Shown here one piece after another: positions 52,918 through 64,000 of a stretch of 64,000 nt of DNA. Origin of the DNA: Podarcis vaucheri (taxonomy: Eukaryota). The stretch's first letter is position 1. Every line of letters starts with the position of its first letter. The notes under the pieces were generated by a model that searched no databases, had not been told where the DNA came from, and saw nothing but the letters and a program-made list of their open reading frames with translations. Location of the stretch: the NCBI GenBank assembly GCA_965113315.1, contig OZ220382.1. One strand, written 5' to 3'. Made by a program: the position numbers and the translations under genes.

Positions 52918-53235
52918 ATGGCTGACAGCGATACCTGGAGGCCCCCACGAGCCTGCAATGACTACTGGTCTGAATGGAAACATTGCAAGAGCATCCCAAA
53001 TCTGTTCCATTACTACTATACCTATGGGGAGACACCTTCCTATTAGCAGTGGAAGAGGGATTATGAGAAATGCAAAGCATGGGAGAAGACAAAAAGTTCA
53101 GAGGCTAAGGACTCCCTATGCAAGAGCGAAAGAGAGCGGGTTATGGAGAAACAGAAGTATGCTCCAGTGTGGAACTTGAGGAAAGGTCCTCCCGTAAGCT
53201 GGTGTCTGCCTCTGGATGAAGACAAACCCAAATGA
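52918..53235 (+). pseudogene. C22orf39: Processed pseudogene of C22orf39 (UPF0545 / PANTS protein homologue)
   Basis: Kozak accaccATGG; intronless 105-codon frame MADSDTWRPPRACNDYWSEWKHCKSIPNLFHYYYTYGETPSY*QWKRDYEKCKAWEKTKSSEAKDSLCKSERERVMEKQKYAPVWNLRKGPPVSWCLPLDEDKPK*, colinear with human C22orf39 as I recall it (MADGSGWQPPRPCEAY...CESERARV...VW...PP.DW.LPL). Premature TAG at 53044-53046; followed by a short 3' UTR, CATAAA and a C/A-rich tail at 53341-53372. Confidence 0.9.
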
Positions 53236-53530
53236 TGAGGCCCTGGAATACCAGGTGCTGGACCTCTGGGTGATGCCTTCTATGGAATCCTAACACTGTG
53301 CTGTATAGAAGAGTTCTCAGCCATAAACCCATGCTCCCAGCAACAACAACAAAAAAACCAAACAAAAACAACACCCCCCCTAGAAAACATTACAAAAGGA
53401 AATCAAACATAAAATGTGCATTTAAAACAGCATAATTAGCAAGATAATAAATTATCTTATACCGTGTACTAAAGATGCCAAGTTTGGCAAATTAGCCAAT
53501 GTTGATAACAGGAAAGATAGTGTACAGTTA

Positions 53531-53894
53531 AAGGTAAAGAGGTAAAGATACCCCTGCCCATACGGGCCAGTCGTGTCCGACTCTAGGGTTGTGCACCCAT
53601 CTCACTTAAGAGGCTGGGGGCCAGCTCTGTCCGCAGACACTTCCGAGTCACGTGGCCAGCGTGACAAGCTGCATCTGGCAAGCCAGCGCAGCACACGGAA
53701 ACGCCGTTAACCTTCCAGCTAGTAAGTGGTCCCTATTTATCTACTTGCACCCGGGGGTGCTTTCAAACTGCTAGGTGGGCAGGTGCTGGGACCGAGCAGC
53801 GGGAGCGCACCCCGCCGCGGGGATACGAACCACCGACCATACGATCGGCAAGTCCTAGGCGCTGAGGTTTTACCCACAGTGCCACCCGCGTTCC
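53531..53894 (-). mobile_element. Sauria SINE, full length (subfamily B)
   Basis: 12-bp TSD agtgtacagtta at 53519-53530 and 53895-53906. Confidence 0.92.
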
Positions 53895-54273
53895 AGTGTA
53901 CAGTTAGGTACTTGAAATACTGTTCTCAGGTATTGATTTTGAAAAGATTCAATTGTTTGCAAATCTGTTACCCCAGAGCTATACAGACCAGCTGTTACAC
54001 TGCATTTGTCTGAAAACTTTTAAGTGTAGGCTGAATTATTTGACCTCCTTTGCCAAAATAAGAATTGACTATTACCTTAACTGTTTGGCCAACATTTCTC
54101 TAGTTGACTATGCAGGCACTTTCAAGTACCCTGAACTAGTAAAAGTGATCTCTAAATATTTAAATTGTTTAATTTGAACTATGACAGAGTTCCATTCATA
54201 GAGTGGATATGATAGAGTTCCACCAATGTTGTCTCCAATCCTTCCCAACCCCCATAACTCATGCTTTACCATA

Positions 54274-54630
54274 GATAAAGGTAAAGGGACCCCTGACCAT
54301 TAGGTCCAGTCATGACCAACTCTGGGGTTGCGGCGCTCATCTCGCTTTGTTGGCTGAGGGAGCCGGCGTACAGCTTCCGGGTCAAGTGGCCAGCATGACA
54401 AAGCTGCTTCTGGCGAACCAGAGCAGCGCACGGAAATGCCATTTACCTTCCCACCAGAGTGGTACCTATTTATCTACTTGCACTTTTTTGGCATGCTTTT
54501 GAACTGCTAGGTTCACAGCAGCAGGGATCAAGCAACGGGAGCTCACCCCGTCACGGGGATTCGAACCACCAACCTTCTGATCGGCAAGTCCTAGGCTCTG
54601 TGGTTTAACCCACAGCGCCACCTGCGTCCC
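54274..54630 (-). mobile_element. Sauria SINE, full length (subfamily A)
   Basis: 12-bp TSD tgctttaccata at 54262-54273 and 54632-54643. Confidence 0.92.
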
Positions 54631-55790
54631 GTGCTTTACCATAACTGATAGCTAATAGTTCAGATGCAGAGTCACTTCAAAAACACAGAGGCAAAGGCTC
54701 AGCGTAGCTTAAAAGTCAGGGGAGGGAAACCTCTGGCCTTCAAGCAAAGTTTAGCCTGCCAGGTCATGAGCCCCAAATCATGCTCACTTGCTCCACATCT
54801 GCCATTACACCTAACAGTTGGATCCTGAGCTGGAAAGCAGGATCAGACTCCGTGTCTGAGTGGCCCTGAGGAGACCAGAGAAGAAAGACGCTTAATCAAC
54901 TGTCACCATCTAGCTCCCATAGTGGCCCCTCAGCCCCTCAGCGGTCACCACTGAAGAACCTGAAGAACCATCTTGCACTGAGGGGAGGGGAGAAGAAAGA
55001 AGTTTGAGGAATGGTCACTCTTTAGCTCCAGCCACACTCTCTTTCCTCAGAGCTAAACCCGGCACTGGCCTCCTTTCTGGTTGGCATGTGTCCTTGAACT
55101 CTGATTATGAGTCTTGCTTTCCTGGATGGGTGATAGGGAGAGGTGTGTGTGGAAACTATCCTACCACACAAAGGTAACATTTACATTAGTTGTGCTACCC
55201 ACCGCCTTGGGCAACTGGCCCCTGGAAGGTTTCCCTTGGCCTGGACAAAAAGGCTTCCCACTTCTGGTCTATATCAACGGGCAGCAGCTCCCTGGGGGTT
55301 CAGGTCAGAACCTTCCCCAGCCTTACCTGGATGTGACAGAGACAGAAACATGGGCCTTTTGCATGCTCTACCCCTGAACTATGGTCCCTTCCAGTAGTGG
55401 AGGAGTTTGTGTCCCAAAATGACTCTTCCTGGGTGAAGGTTTCCAAGTGTGGGTCTTGGGCCATGATCCGATGGAAAAATTTCCATTCTGCATTTGCACC
55501 CCCCTGCTTGGAAAATTTTCCATGACTATTTTTTTCCATGGAAATGTTTCCACTTTTGGAAATGTGCTGTTTCATAAAATTAATCAGTAACATAACATGA
55601 ATTAACATAACAGAGATCAAACTGGGCACCAGTAGAGAAATATGAATAGTTGGTACAAATTATATATTTTCCCCATTTGTTTTCCTCATTCATGACTTAC
55701 TTTATTTGTGTATCCCCTCCTTATCCTTTTCCTTGCAATTTTTTTGTTAATACTCTTTCATCTTTTTTAAAAAAAGTGTGTGTGTGTGTG

Positions 55791-55842
<52 letters not shown>

Positions 55843-55949
55843 CTTTTTTCATTTGTATACCTACAATGCCCATGATGTGTATTTTGTTTTTCTTTTTAAA
55901 AGCAGTAAAGCTGTTGAATTAAAAATAAACAGTTAAAATAATTTTCTTT

Positions 55950-57560
55950 TTTAAAATGTTTTTTATTACAGTAAATATTTCTTAAGTATACAAAAACAGT
56001 ATGATGTCTCTTTCTTCAAGTTGTGATTTCTACAATTCAGTTGCATTTGTTATGAGATATTAATGATACATACTATGTTAGGTTAGGGGGGAAAGAGGGA
56101 GAGTGGTGCGTGAGGTGGGGTCGGGTGGTTATGTTTCTATTCTTCTGTTTAGTGTATGTGTGGGGTTTTGTGTCAGCGTTACTAGTATAGGTTTTCTTAC
56201 TATTCACTTGTTGTGTTTCCTTGGTGATGAGAGAGGTAGAGGGTGGCATAGAGTGTGATTGGTTGTCCTTGGGTGGCTGTAGTGAGATTTATTTGTGTGT
56301 GGGAGCGGGGTGTGTGAGTGTGTGTGTGTATCTATATCTATATATCTATATCATCTATATCATCTATATCATCTATATCTATATCTATATCTATATCTAT
56401 ATCTAATCAGGTTAATCAGATTGATTTGTATGCTGTTGGCGGAGTTTTGTCATTATCTTGTTGGGCTGTGTACGTGATAAAGGGGAGCCATACTGGGGTG
56501 AAGGCGTCTTCTTCTATTTGTCCCCGTGTCAGTTTCAGTTTATTGGTTAATTTTTCTAATAGGGCTGTTTCCCATACTACTTGATACCAATGGTCCATAG
56601 TTACTCCTGATAGGTCTCTCCAATGCCTGGCTATGATGATTCTGGTTGCTGAGAGTAGGTAGGTTATGAGCTCAATATGATGTGAGTCGGCATTGTTGTC
56701 TTGGAAGATGTTTAGCAGGGCCCGTTCTGGGGTGACTTCTAATACTTGCTTAGTTATTTTGCATATTTCTTGTATGGTTGCTGTCCAGAATTGTTGGATT
56801 TTGGGACATTCCTACCACATGTGTAGGTATGTGCCTGTGGAGGTGCATCCTCTCCAGCATTTTGGTGAGGTTCCTGGGTGTATTAGTGCTAGTTTCCTTG
56901 GTGTTAGTTACCATCTGTAGGTGAGTTTCAGGGTGAGTTCCTTCCTTTTTGCTGAAATGGATCTAAAGAGGTTTAGGCCACATTCTAGTCCATTGAGTGA
57001 GGTTAATCTCATAGCCCATGTTGTCCTCCCATTGTTTTTTGATTATGTCAAGGGGGTTTGTGGGATTTTGGAGTAGTATTTTATATATTGTGGATACCAT
57101 CCCTTTGCCATGTCCCTTTGTTGTTAGGAGGAGGTTTTCGAAAGTTGTCAAGGGCCTAGTTGCTGTTGATTTCACTACTGAGTAGTTTAGGAAGGTGTGT
57201 AGTTGATGGTGTGATAGCCAGGGTATTTGGGTATCTCCTAGTTTGTCTTTTATTTCCTGTGTTGATATGGGTTTATTGTTTTTGTAGAAGTCTGCTAGGC
57301 GGTATAAGCCCTTGGCCTGCCAAGTTTTTATCTGGAGGTTTTGTTCTGCGTGGTGGAATAGTGGGTGGTGTGCCAGGGGTATTAGTGGGGTTGGGGTTGG
57401 GGACAGTTTACCTACTTCTTCTTTCCATGCTTTAAGCATGGTCTGTGTAAATCTGTTCAGTGTTGTGGGGATTTTCCTTAGTTTGTTTGGGATGAATGGG
57501 TATTCTGCGGTGTGGGTATTTTCAATTGTGTCTCTTTCCAGGTGTACCCATCTAATCATG
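55950..57560 (-). mobile_element. L1-clade LINE, 5'-truncated (ORF2 C-terminus plus 3' UTR)
   Basis: A 198-aa ORF continues past a frameshift into the Cys-rich motif CWRGCTSTGTYLHMW*ECPKIQQFW and IIIARHWR...W, ending near 56416; A-rich sense strand and a tail near 55960. Confidence 0.85.
56328..56405. repeat. (TCTATA)n / (TCTATATCA)n repeat inside the L1 3' UTR
   Basis: Visible directly. Confidence 0.9.
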
Positions 57561-60159
57561 TTCTTACTTGTAGCTGTATTTGTGGAAGTTGCTCATATGC
57601 ATTTTACTCTAAAGTTTTGGTGGAGTAAGATGGGCCTTTTGCATGCTCTAGTTTTGGAGCAGAAATTGTCAGAGCACAATAGACAGACTAGAGGAGCTCA
57701 AATATGGAAATCTGTCTTCATTACCTGGTACCCCTCCATTGTTTATATGAATAAACAAGATGGTAAATTACTTCCTCTGATTTAGCAAAGACCCTTGTGG
57801 TCAGACATGATTCCTAACCATAACTGGTCATTGGTTTTATGAGAACTTAGCCTATTTTATATTCTATTGTGCATTCTGCTTCAGTTGTGAGAGTTTACAG
57901 CATCAAATATCAAATCTGTACCAAGAAATGAAAAATTTCCTTAATAAAGGATTGTGGTTGGGGGAAGATACGTAATAACACTCCATTTCATTTGGGGGGG
58001 GGGGACTTCACATGGAAACATGCACACTGAGTCATGTGTGCACAAAGACACATCCTCCCATTTTCCAAAGCATTCCAGATATTTTCCTTTCACAACGCCA
58101 CCAAGCATCAAAAGGACAGACTGCTGGCTCTTTGGGAAAGTTTTGCAACAAATAACTTCTGCAGCTGTTGAACATAATGGCTTAACACCACAGAAGGGTA
58201 ACGTTTCCTTAAATAATTTGGCTAAATAGGCGGCACATGGCTGAAAGTAATGCCAACATTTAAAAAAGAACGAGACAAGCAGAAAAATTCTCAAAAATAG
58301 CCATGCTGTCAGCAGGGCCAGCCCAAGAAATTTAGGCGACTAAGACAAGTCATCAAATGCATCTCTTCCTGCCATGCAACCTGACTAGTACATTTTCCAC
58401 ATTTATATAGCACCAGGCACTCACCAGCAATTTGGCATCTCCACAGTGCTGAGCGCCTGATAGCAATTATAATAAAGGAAGAGGAATATTTCTATGGTTG
58501 TACAACAGCAAGCACTCTCCAGCCCCTAGCTAGCATAGCCAGTGGTTAGGTATGATGTAACACTGAAGAGTCAGTGTGGTGTCGTGATTAGAGTGTTGTA
58601 CTAGGTCCTGGAAGAGAAGAGTTCAACTCCCCATTCAGCTATGAAGTTCACAGTAATAACGGTAAATTAAATCACAGTTACCCAGTAATGTGCCACTCTG
58701 GTTTAATGGAATGCCAGGAATGAAGTGCAAAACAGGTGAGCATGGCAACAGAAGAGCATTCCACTTTTACTCTTGTTACTGGGTTGATAAACCATGGCTT
58801 GTATGAATCTGGGAAATATCATTCAAACTTAGCTCGTTTGCATTTCCACTTGTCCTGTGACTTCCGCAGGTCCGAGTAGTTTTGCCTTTGCCCACTGCTT
58901 TCCCCTGGAAAACCCACTCTTTAGTGATAAATCTGAACAAACAGCAATTGATTGCCATTTGTTCTGATTCCACACTAAATAGTGGGTTTTTCCAAGGGAA
59001 GCAGCAATGCAAACTGAAATATGGTTAAGCCCCCAGTCAGTGAGGGCTGGCAGAAATGGAGTCAAAATGACCCAAAGGACTGCATACTTGGCGATCCTCG
59101 ATATCTTCCTTTTTTTAAAAAAGAAAGGAACAACTCCCCATTCTCTTAGCATATGTGTCAATGGCACTGCAGTCTTCTGAAATCATTATAGATTTTATTA
59201 TAGAGATTGTGAAACTATCATTTCCAGACTGATGTGCATCTTTCGTTTTAATTCCCCCTCTTCAAATGATGACACGATTTTAAAGCTCCCCCTGCTCCTG
59301 CTTGTAATAGGAATAAAAGGTATCATTTACTTCAATGACCAAAGAAAGGCTTTTCCAGGATTTCTAAAGACACTTTCCAGTTGACTCACTGTTATGTTAA
59401 CTTTTTTTTTTAGTATTTCTTTTTTCGAGTTGGGATAGGGGATGAGAAAAGAGGTGGAACATTGTTTGCTTTCCCTGGTTTTTATATTATACTGGCTAAC
59501 CCCACTCCAAGAAACCTCTTGTTAAACACTATCAGGGTCTCTAGGCATGGTGTTAATGCTGGTGGCACTTTGAAAGACAGACGTGGGTAGACAGCCAGCC
59601 TATATAATCCTTCTTAGGCTGCCTTTAAAGGTCTATAAAATGTAATAAAGGAAAGAGTCTCATTAGTTGGAGGTAGGGGGGCTGATTGCATTGCCGACCA
59701 CACTCAGCTTACAGCTGCTTCGTATGCAACTGTTTACCCACACAGCAAGACATGGGCTTAATTCACTTAGTAGACATACCATTTTAATTTTCTTACCTAG
59801 TACAACTTGTTCCATATTACCTAGCATGTATCTCAGACTGCAATCCTAAAGCCACCTACCTTGGAGAACACCCTTTGAATTCCCTTCCAGCTCTAATACT
59901 CTATGGTTCTATAAGACTTACCTGTACTTCTGATTAGACATGATAAGGATTACTGCCTAAGTGAGACTGGTGGTCTTTGTCTCATTTCAGTTTAAGTCTC
60001 TTCTGTGTTTGAATGCATGTTCATTTTGGATGCACTCATCAGAATGTCATTTCTGACTATTGGGGGGGGGGAGCAAAGGAGATTCTCAGGGGAGTTTGAA
60101 GGTCTGCTTCTGTAAATATTCTGTGGCACCTTTTGGGTAGAAACACTTGTCTTCTTCTC

Positions 60160-60545
60160 TCATAATACTGGAACTTGTGAACATCCCATGAAGAATGTTG
60201 GAATATTCAGAACAGATAAAATAAAGGACTCCTTCACACAGCACATAGCTGAACTATGGAACTCACACCTACAGGAGGCAGTGGTGGCCACCAACTTGGA
60301 TGGCTTTAAAAGAAGATTAGAGAAATTAAGGGAGAGCAAAGCTACCAATGACTACCAGCTGTGATGGCTCTGTTCTACCTTCACTGTCATAGGCAGTATG
60401 TCTCTGAATACCAGTTGCTGGAAATTACAGGTGGGCAGAGTGCTGTTGCACTCATGTTCTGTTTTGGGGCTTCCAACAGACATCTGTGCTGCACTAAATG
60501 AGTCATTGACCTGACACAGCAGGCTCCTCTTCTGTTCTTCTGTTC
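60160..60545 (+). mobile_element. CR1 LINE 3' end
   Basis: Similar to 14520-14760 plus 15180-15335. Confidence 0.7.
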
Positions 60546-62004
60546 ATACAGACTGACTTGAACTGTATTGGAAAACCAACAGGAAGTAAAGCCTAAGAGC
60601 AAGTGATCTACTTTACCAACAAGTTAGTTTGCCTTTCTGCCTGTTGCTGCACCCACCCACTGGGTCAGGTCAATTTTGCTTTACTCCCTATTAAAACAAC
60701 ATATTGAGTATTGAGAGTAGGGGAACAAGTGTGCTAGCTCCACCCTTCATTCCTGATGCCCTCCACAAGTTGGAGGGCTACCTTGTTCACCAGGGAGCTG
60801 TTCTAAGCATGTAGCTTGCCTTGCATGACACAGAACCCTGGAAAATCAGGGTTCTACATTCTAGAGCAGGCATTCTAGAGCACTGCAGGCAGAGGGCAAC
60901 CAAGAAGGCAAGTATGGTAGGCTCTCCAGTCCCCACATCTCTCCTCCCCTTCATGTAGTGATTTCATTCAGAAGACTAACACTTCTAGCTTGGGTCAGAG
61001 GGTAGAGAGGCCCTGGGAAGCAAACATCTGGAAAGTTAGGGACAAATCCTGGAGGAAATTGGGAAGGCAGGAGTGGATACAACATTGGTCCTGGAGAGTG
61101 CAGGGAAGGGCAAAGATGAAATCTGACAAAGTTCTGATCACTGACAGAACTTTGATTTTACTGGATTTTCAGACACTAATACAGGCTGATACAACATTGG
61201 GCGTGGTTTTATTTTTTTAAGTCATTGGATCAGCAAAATACTGGCTGCGTTAACAAACAACATGAAAGCTGATCAGAGCAGCAGAGGATTAATTTCATGC
61301 ACAAATTAACAGTCACCGTTGGCTGCAGTAGCAGAAAAAGCTTGCTTAAAGCTGTTGTGCAATTAAGCAGATCCTTCCACTACCTTTTTTAAAATTTTAC
61401 ATCAACTCTTGATTATATATTTGGGATTAGGATTACTTCCCCCCTGCTGCCTGCACAATATGTAATAAATCTATTTCTTCTTCATCATAAACCAGCCGGG
61501 AAAAGAGCCACTGTGCTTGAAGCTGTTTGTCTGCTTTTAGTGGCTGACACATTAGCTCTTTCATGTTGTGAAATAAGTCTTCACTTTCTTAACATCAGCC
61601 AGGCCTGGTACATAAACCTCTTGCCCTGAGGGAGGCCTTACCTTTGACTGCTTAAGTGGCAATGTTTTCGAAATTCCACCCCAGAGCTAAACTGGGCTTA
61701 TGATCATCCCAGCATGCATTGCACCCATGCTGATGGCACAGGGCCTGCGGGGACCAGGTGAAGTGATGCTGGCAAAATCCTCAAACTCTGTAAATTGTAT
61801 TTCTACTTACACTGGCTTACAGGTGATTTTAATTGTACAAACACAGATTGGCCTTTCCTCAGATATATCACTTCAGACTGTAGTCCTAGTTGTGGGAAGC
61901 TTCCCATGCATCGTTGTGAAAAATAAAAAAGCAAACTCTCTCTGCATACCAGCAGCCAGAAAAGCCATCTCATCAGGAAGGAGGCTAGGCTACAACATTA
62001 TTTA

Positions 62005-62042
62005 TACATACATACATACATACATACATACATACATACATA
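62005..62042. repeat. (TACA)n microsatellite
   Basis: Visible directly. Confidence 0.95.
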
Positions 62043-62984
62043 GTTATAATTCAGCCTTCATCAAATGGTCCCTGGGTCTCTGACTTACAGAAACATCACA
62101 CTTAGAATAAGCACAATGTTCCTTTAAAATAATAAAGTAAAACCACAAACACCACCAATAGGAAGATAACAAAACAGGGGGACAAAACTGCAGTGCTCAG
62201 TCATGTACATGAATACAGGAGGCTAGTAAACACCTATGCAAACAAAGGCCTGGGCAAATATGTGTGTCATGACTGATCACTGAAATAGCACATGGTGATG
62301 GCCCAAGAAGCATCCATTCAAGAAATGGGGAGTCACCACGGAGAATGCCCTTGCATGTGTCACCACCCCTTGAACCACAGAGGGTGGTAGCACTTCCAAC
62401 AGGGCCTCCCCTGCTGCTCCCCTTCACGCCTAGGCAGGTCATTATGGGAGGAAGCACTTTCAGATAAACCTCTCTCCCTAACTTTCTAGCTTTTCATTCA
62501 AAGTAAATGGAGGTTTTGTATGATTGCTTTCAGCATGGAGGAGCACTCATGAAGGACCGTACTATGTATGATTCCTACCTATTTGACTCCATATTTAGTC
62601 CTGCTGCTAAACTGGGTTTAAAAGCATTGATGCTGGGTTAAATGACATCTGCTGTAATTGGCTGCATTCACACAACAATTATTCCATTTTCCTGATGTTT
62701 CTCTAACAGTTAATTTCTGCATTATATTTGTGTAATAAAACACAGCATAAAAGCCACGTCTGGAAATATAGCACAATACTGTATAGGGCATGTTTAGCTC
62801 TTATTTCCATGTTACTTGTTTTCAGAATAATCTGTTTGCAAATAACACAGAATTTAGCACTAAATTTCAATTATAAGTACTTATGGTAAGAACAATATAT
62901 TAACAGTTAACTATTCCGAAATCAAGGTACTTTTTTGTTTGTTTGTTTGTTAACATAGAAGAAATTCAGATTCTTTGATTGTAT

Positions 62985-63900
62985 GGGGCACAATAGAATT
63001 GAACAAGCTTCCTCCTATAAATATCTAGGCATATGGTTTCCTGAAACTGTAAGGGTGGAGGGTATGGGGAAAATATGCCAGGACTAAAGTGGAACAAAAA
63101 CAATTTCTAAAAGGATGGGGAATTTCTTCCAGTAGCTATCCAGGTTTATAAAGCCAAGTATTGTTTTTGGGGCACAAACTTGGTTTCCTGATTCTAAGCA
63201 TTCATTCAAAGGAACTCAAACTCCCCCCCCATAAGGTTAATATTCAACATTTCAAGGCATGCCACTTGAGCCACCCTTAATCTGGAAGCCAGCCTGAACT
63301 CTTTAAAGTGCCTAGTGTGGATTTATTCTATTCATTTTTTGGCTTTGCTGCTATCATGTGTTTACTCCTAATGCCTTGGCTTCTAAGGCAATGTTCTGTT
63401 CTTTTGAATCACATTGGCTGAAGGCTGTGGTGCAAAAGGTCACTTCAAGGGTTTTTCACCTTCTTACCTGTTAACTCAGGATCTAAAGGATGCCAAATCA
63501 ATTGTTTAACAGCGGCTTTCTGGATATAGATTTCCAAGCGCTCCAAGGAATTGCACAGGGATCCTGCTTCTCCCAGTGGATGTGGTTAATCATGTATCCC
63601 CTGCAGAGATTGAATGCCATATTTGGGATGGTAAACTATGTATCCCTGAATGTAGGAAGGTTTTATCTTTGGCAAAGTTTAATGTTCTTCCTTCCAAGTT
63701 GTTATAAAGTAGGTACCCAATGAACCATAGATGCTGCCCTTGTAACAATGTTGAGAAGGAGTCTATCTTCCATGTCCTTTTCTGGCAAGCAGTTATGAGA
63801 GACCTAATAGATCCCATTCTACAGTCACTGTCTGACCACTCTTCTGAGTCTCTTATGGTCGGTTTGCTCCAGGGCTCCAGTCATGGGGCAAGTGGCAAAG
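62985..63900 (+). mobile_element. Highly degenerate non-LTR retrotransposon ORF remnant (RTE-X-like)
   Basis: Remnant motifs IEQASSYKYLGIWF (RT thumb-like), LAKFNVLPS and RCCPCNNVEKESIFHVLF (degenerate CCHC knuckle). Confidence 0.55.
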
Positions 63901-63939
63901 TTTTTGACTATGTCCAGCCATACTAGACCACTTATGACT

Positions 63940-64000
63940 CTATCTCTCTATATCTAATCTATCACCTATCTATCTATCATCTATCTATATCTATCTATCT
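63940..64000. repeat. (TATC)n-type microsatellite
   Basis: Visible directly. Confidence 0.85.

Noticed and set aside
5500-64000. Exons of neighbouring genes expected from mammalian synteny (e.g. CHRDL1, RTL9)
   Set aside because: No matching peptide seen; RTL9 is eutherian-specific. Small or non-coding exons cannot be excluded by eye.

Overview
Vertebrate genomic DNA, almost certainly from a squamate reptile and probably a lacertid lizard, judged from Podarcis-type Sauria SINEs, BovB LINE 3' ends and squamate CR1/L2/L1 remnants. The only clear gene is AMMECR1 on the minus strand: its first coding exon (about 4146-4627) lies in a CpG island, with intron 1 running off the left edge. An in-frame upstream ATG adds 13 residues that resemble the N-terminus of the paralogue AMMECR1L. 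The other ~59 kb is upstream intergenic DNA dense in transposable elements: 7 Sauria SINEs in two subfamilies, about 10 Tc1/mariner MITEs, several hAT MITEs, and L1, L2, CR1 and BovB fragments. The most notable items are: an intronless C22orf39 (UPF0545) processed pseudogene with a (CAA)n/A-rich tail, which the ORF track misses; a Tc2-like element carrying a 119-bp tandem array of alternating palindromes; an orphan CpG-rich island at 37.1-38.5 kb; an isolated 33-bp-arm hairpin; and a consistent TA junction at every SINE insertion. I cannot support a prokaryotic-type system, CRISPR array or viral insertion, and nearly all listed ORFs are spurious. Family assignments are from memory of consensus sequences, not from database searches.
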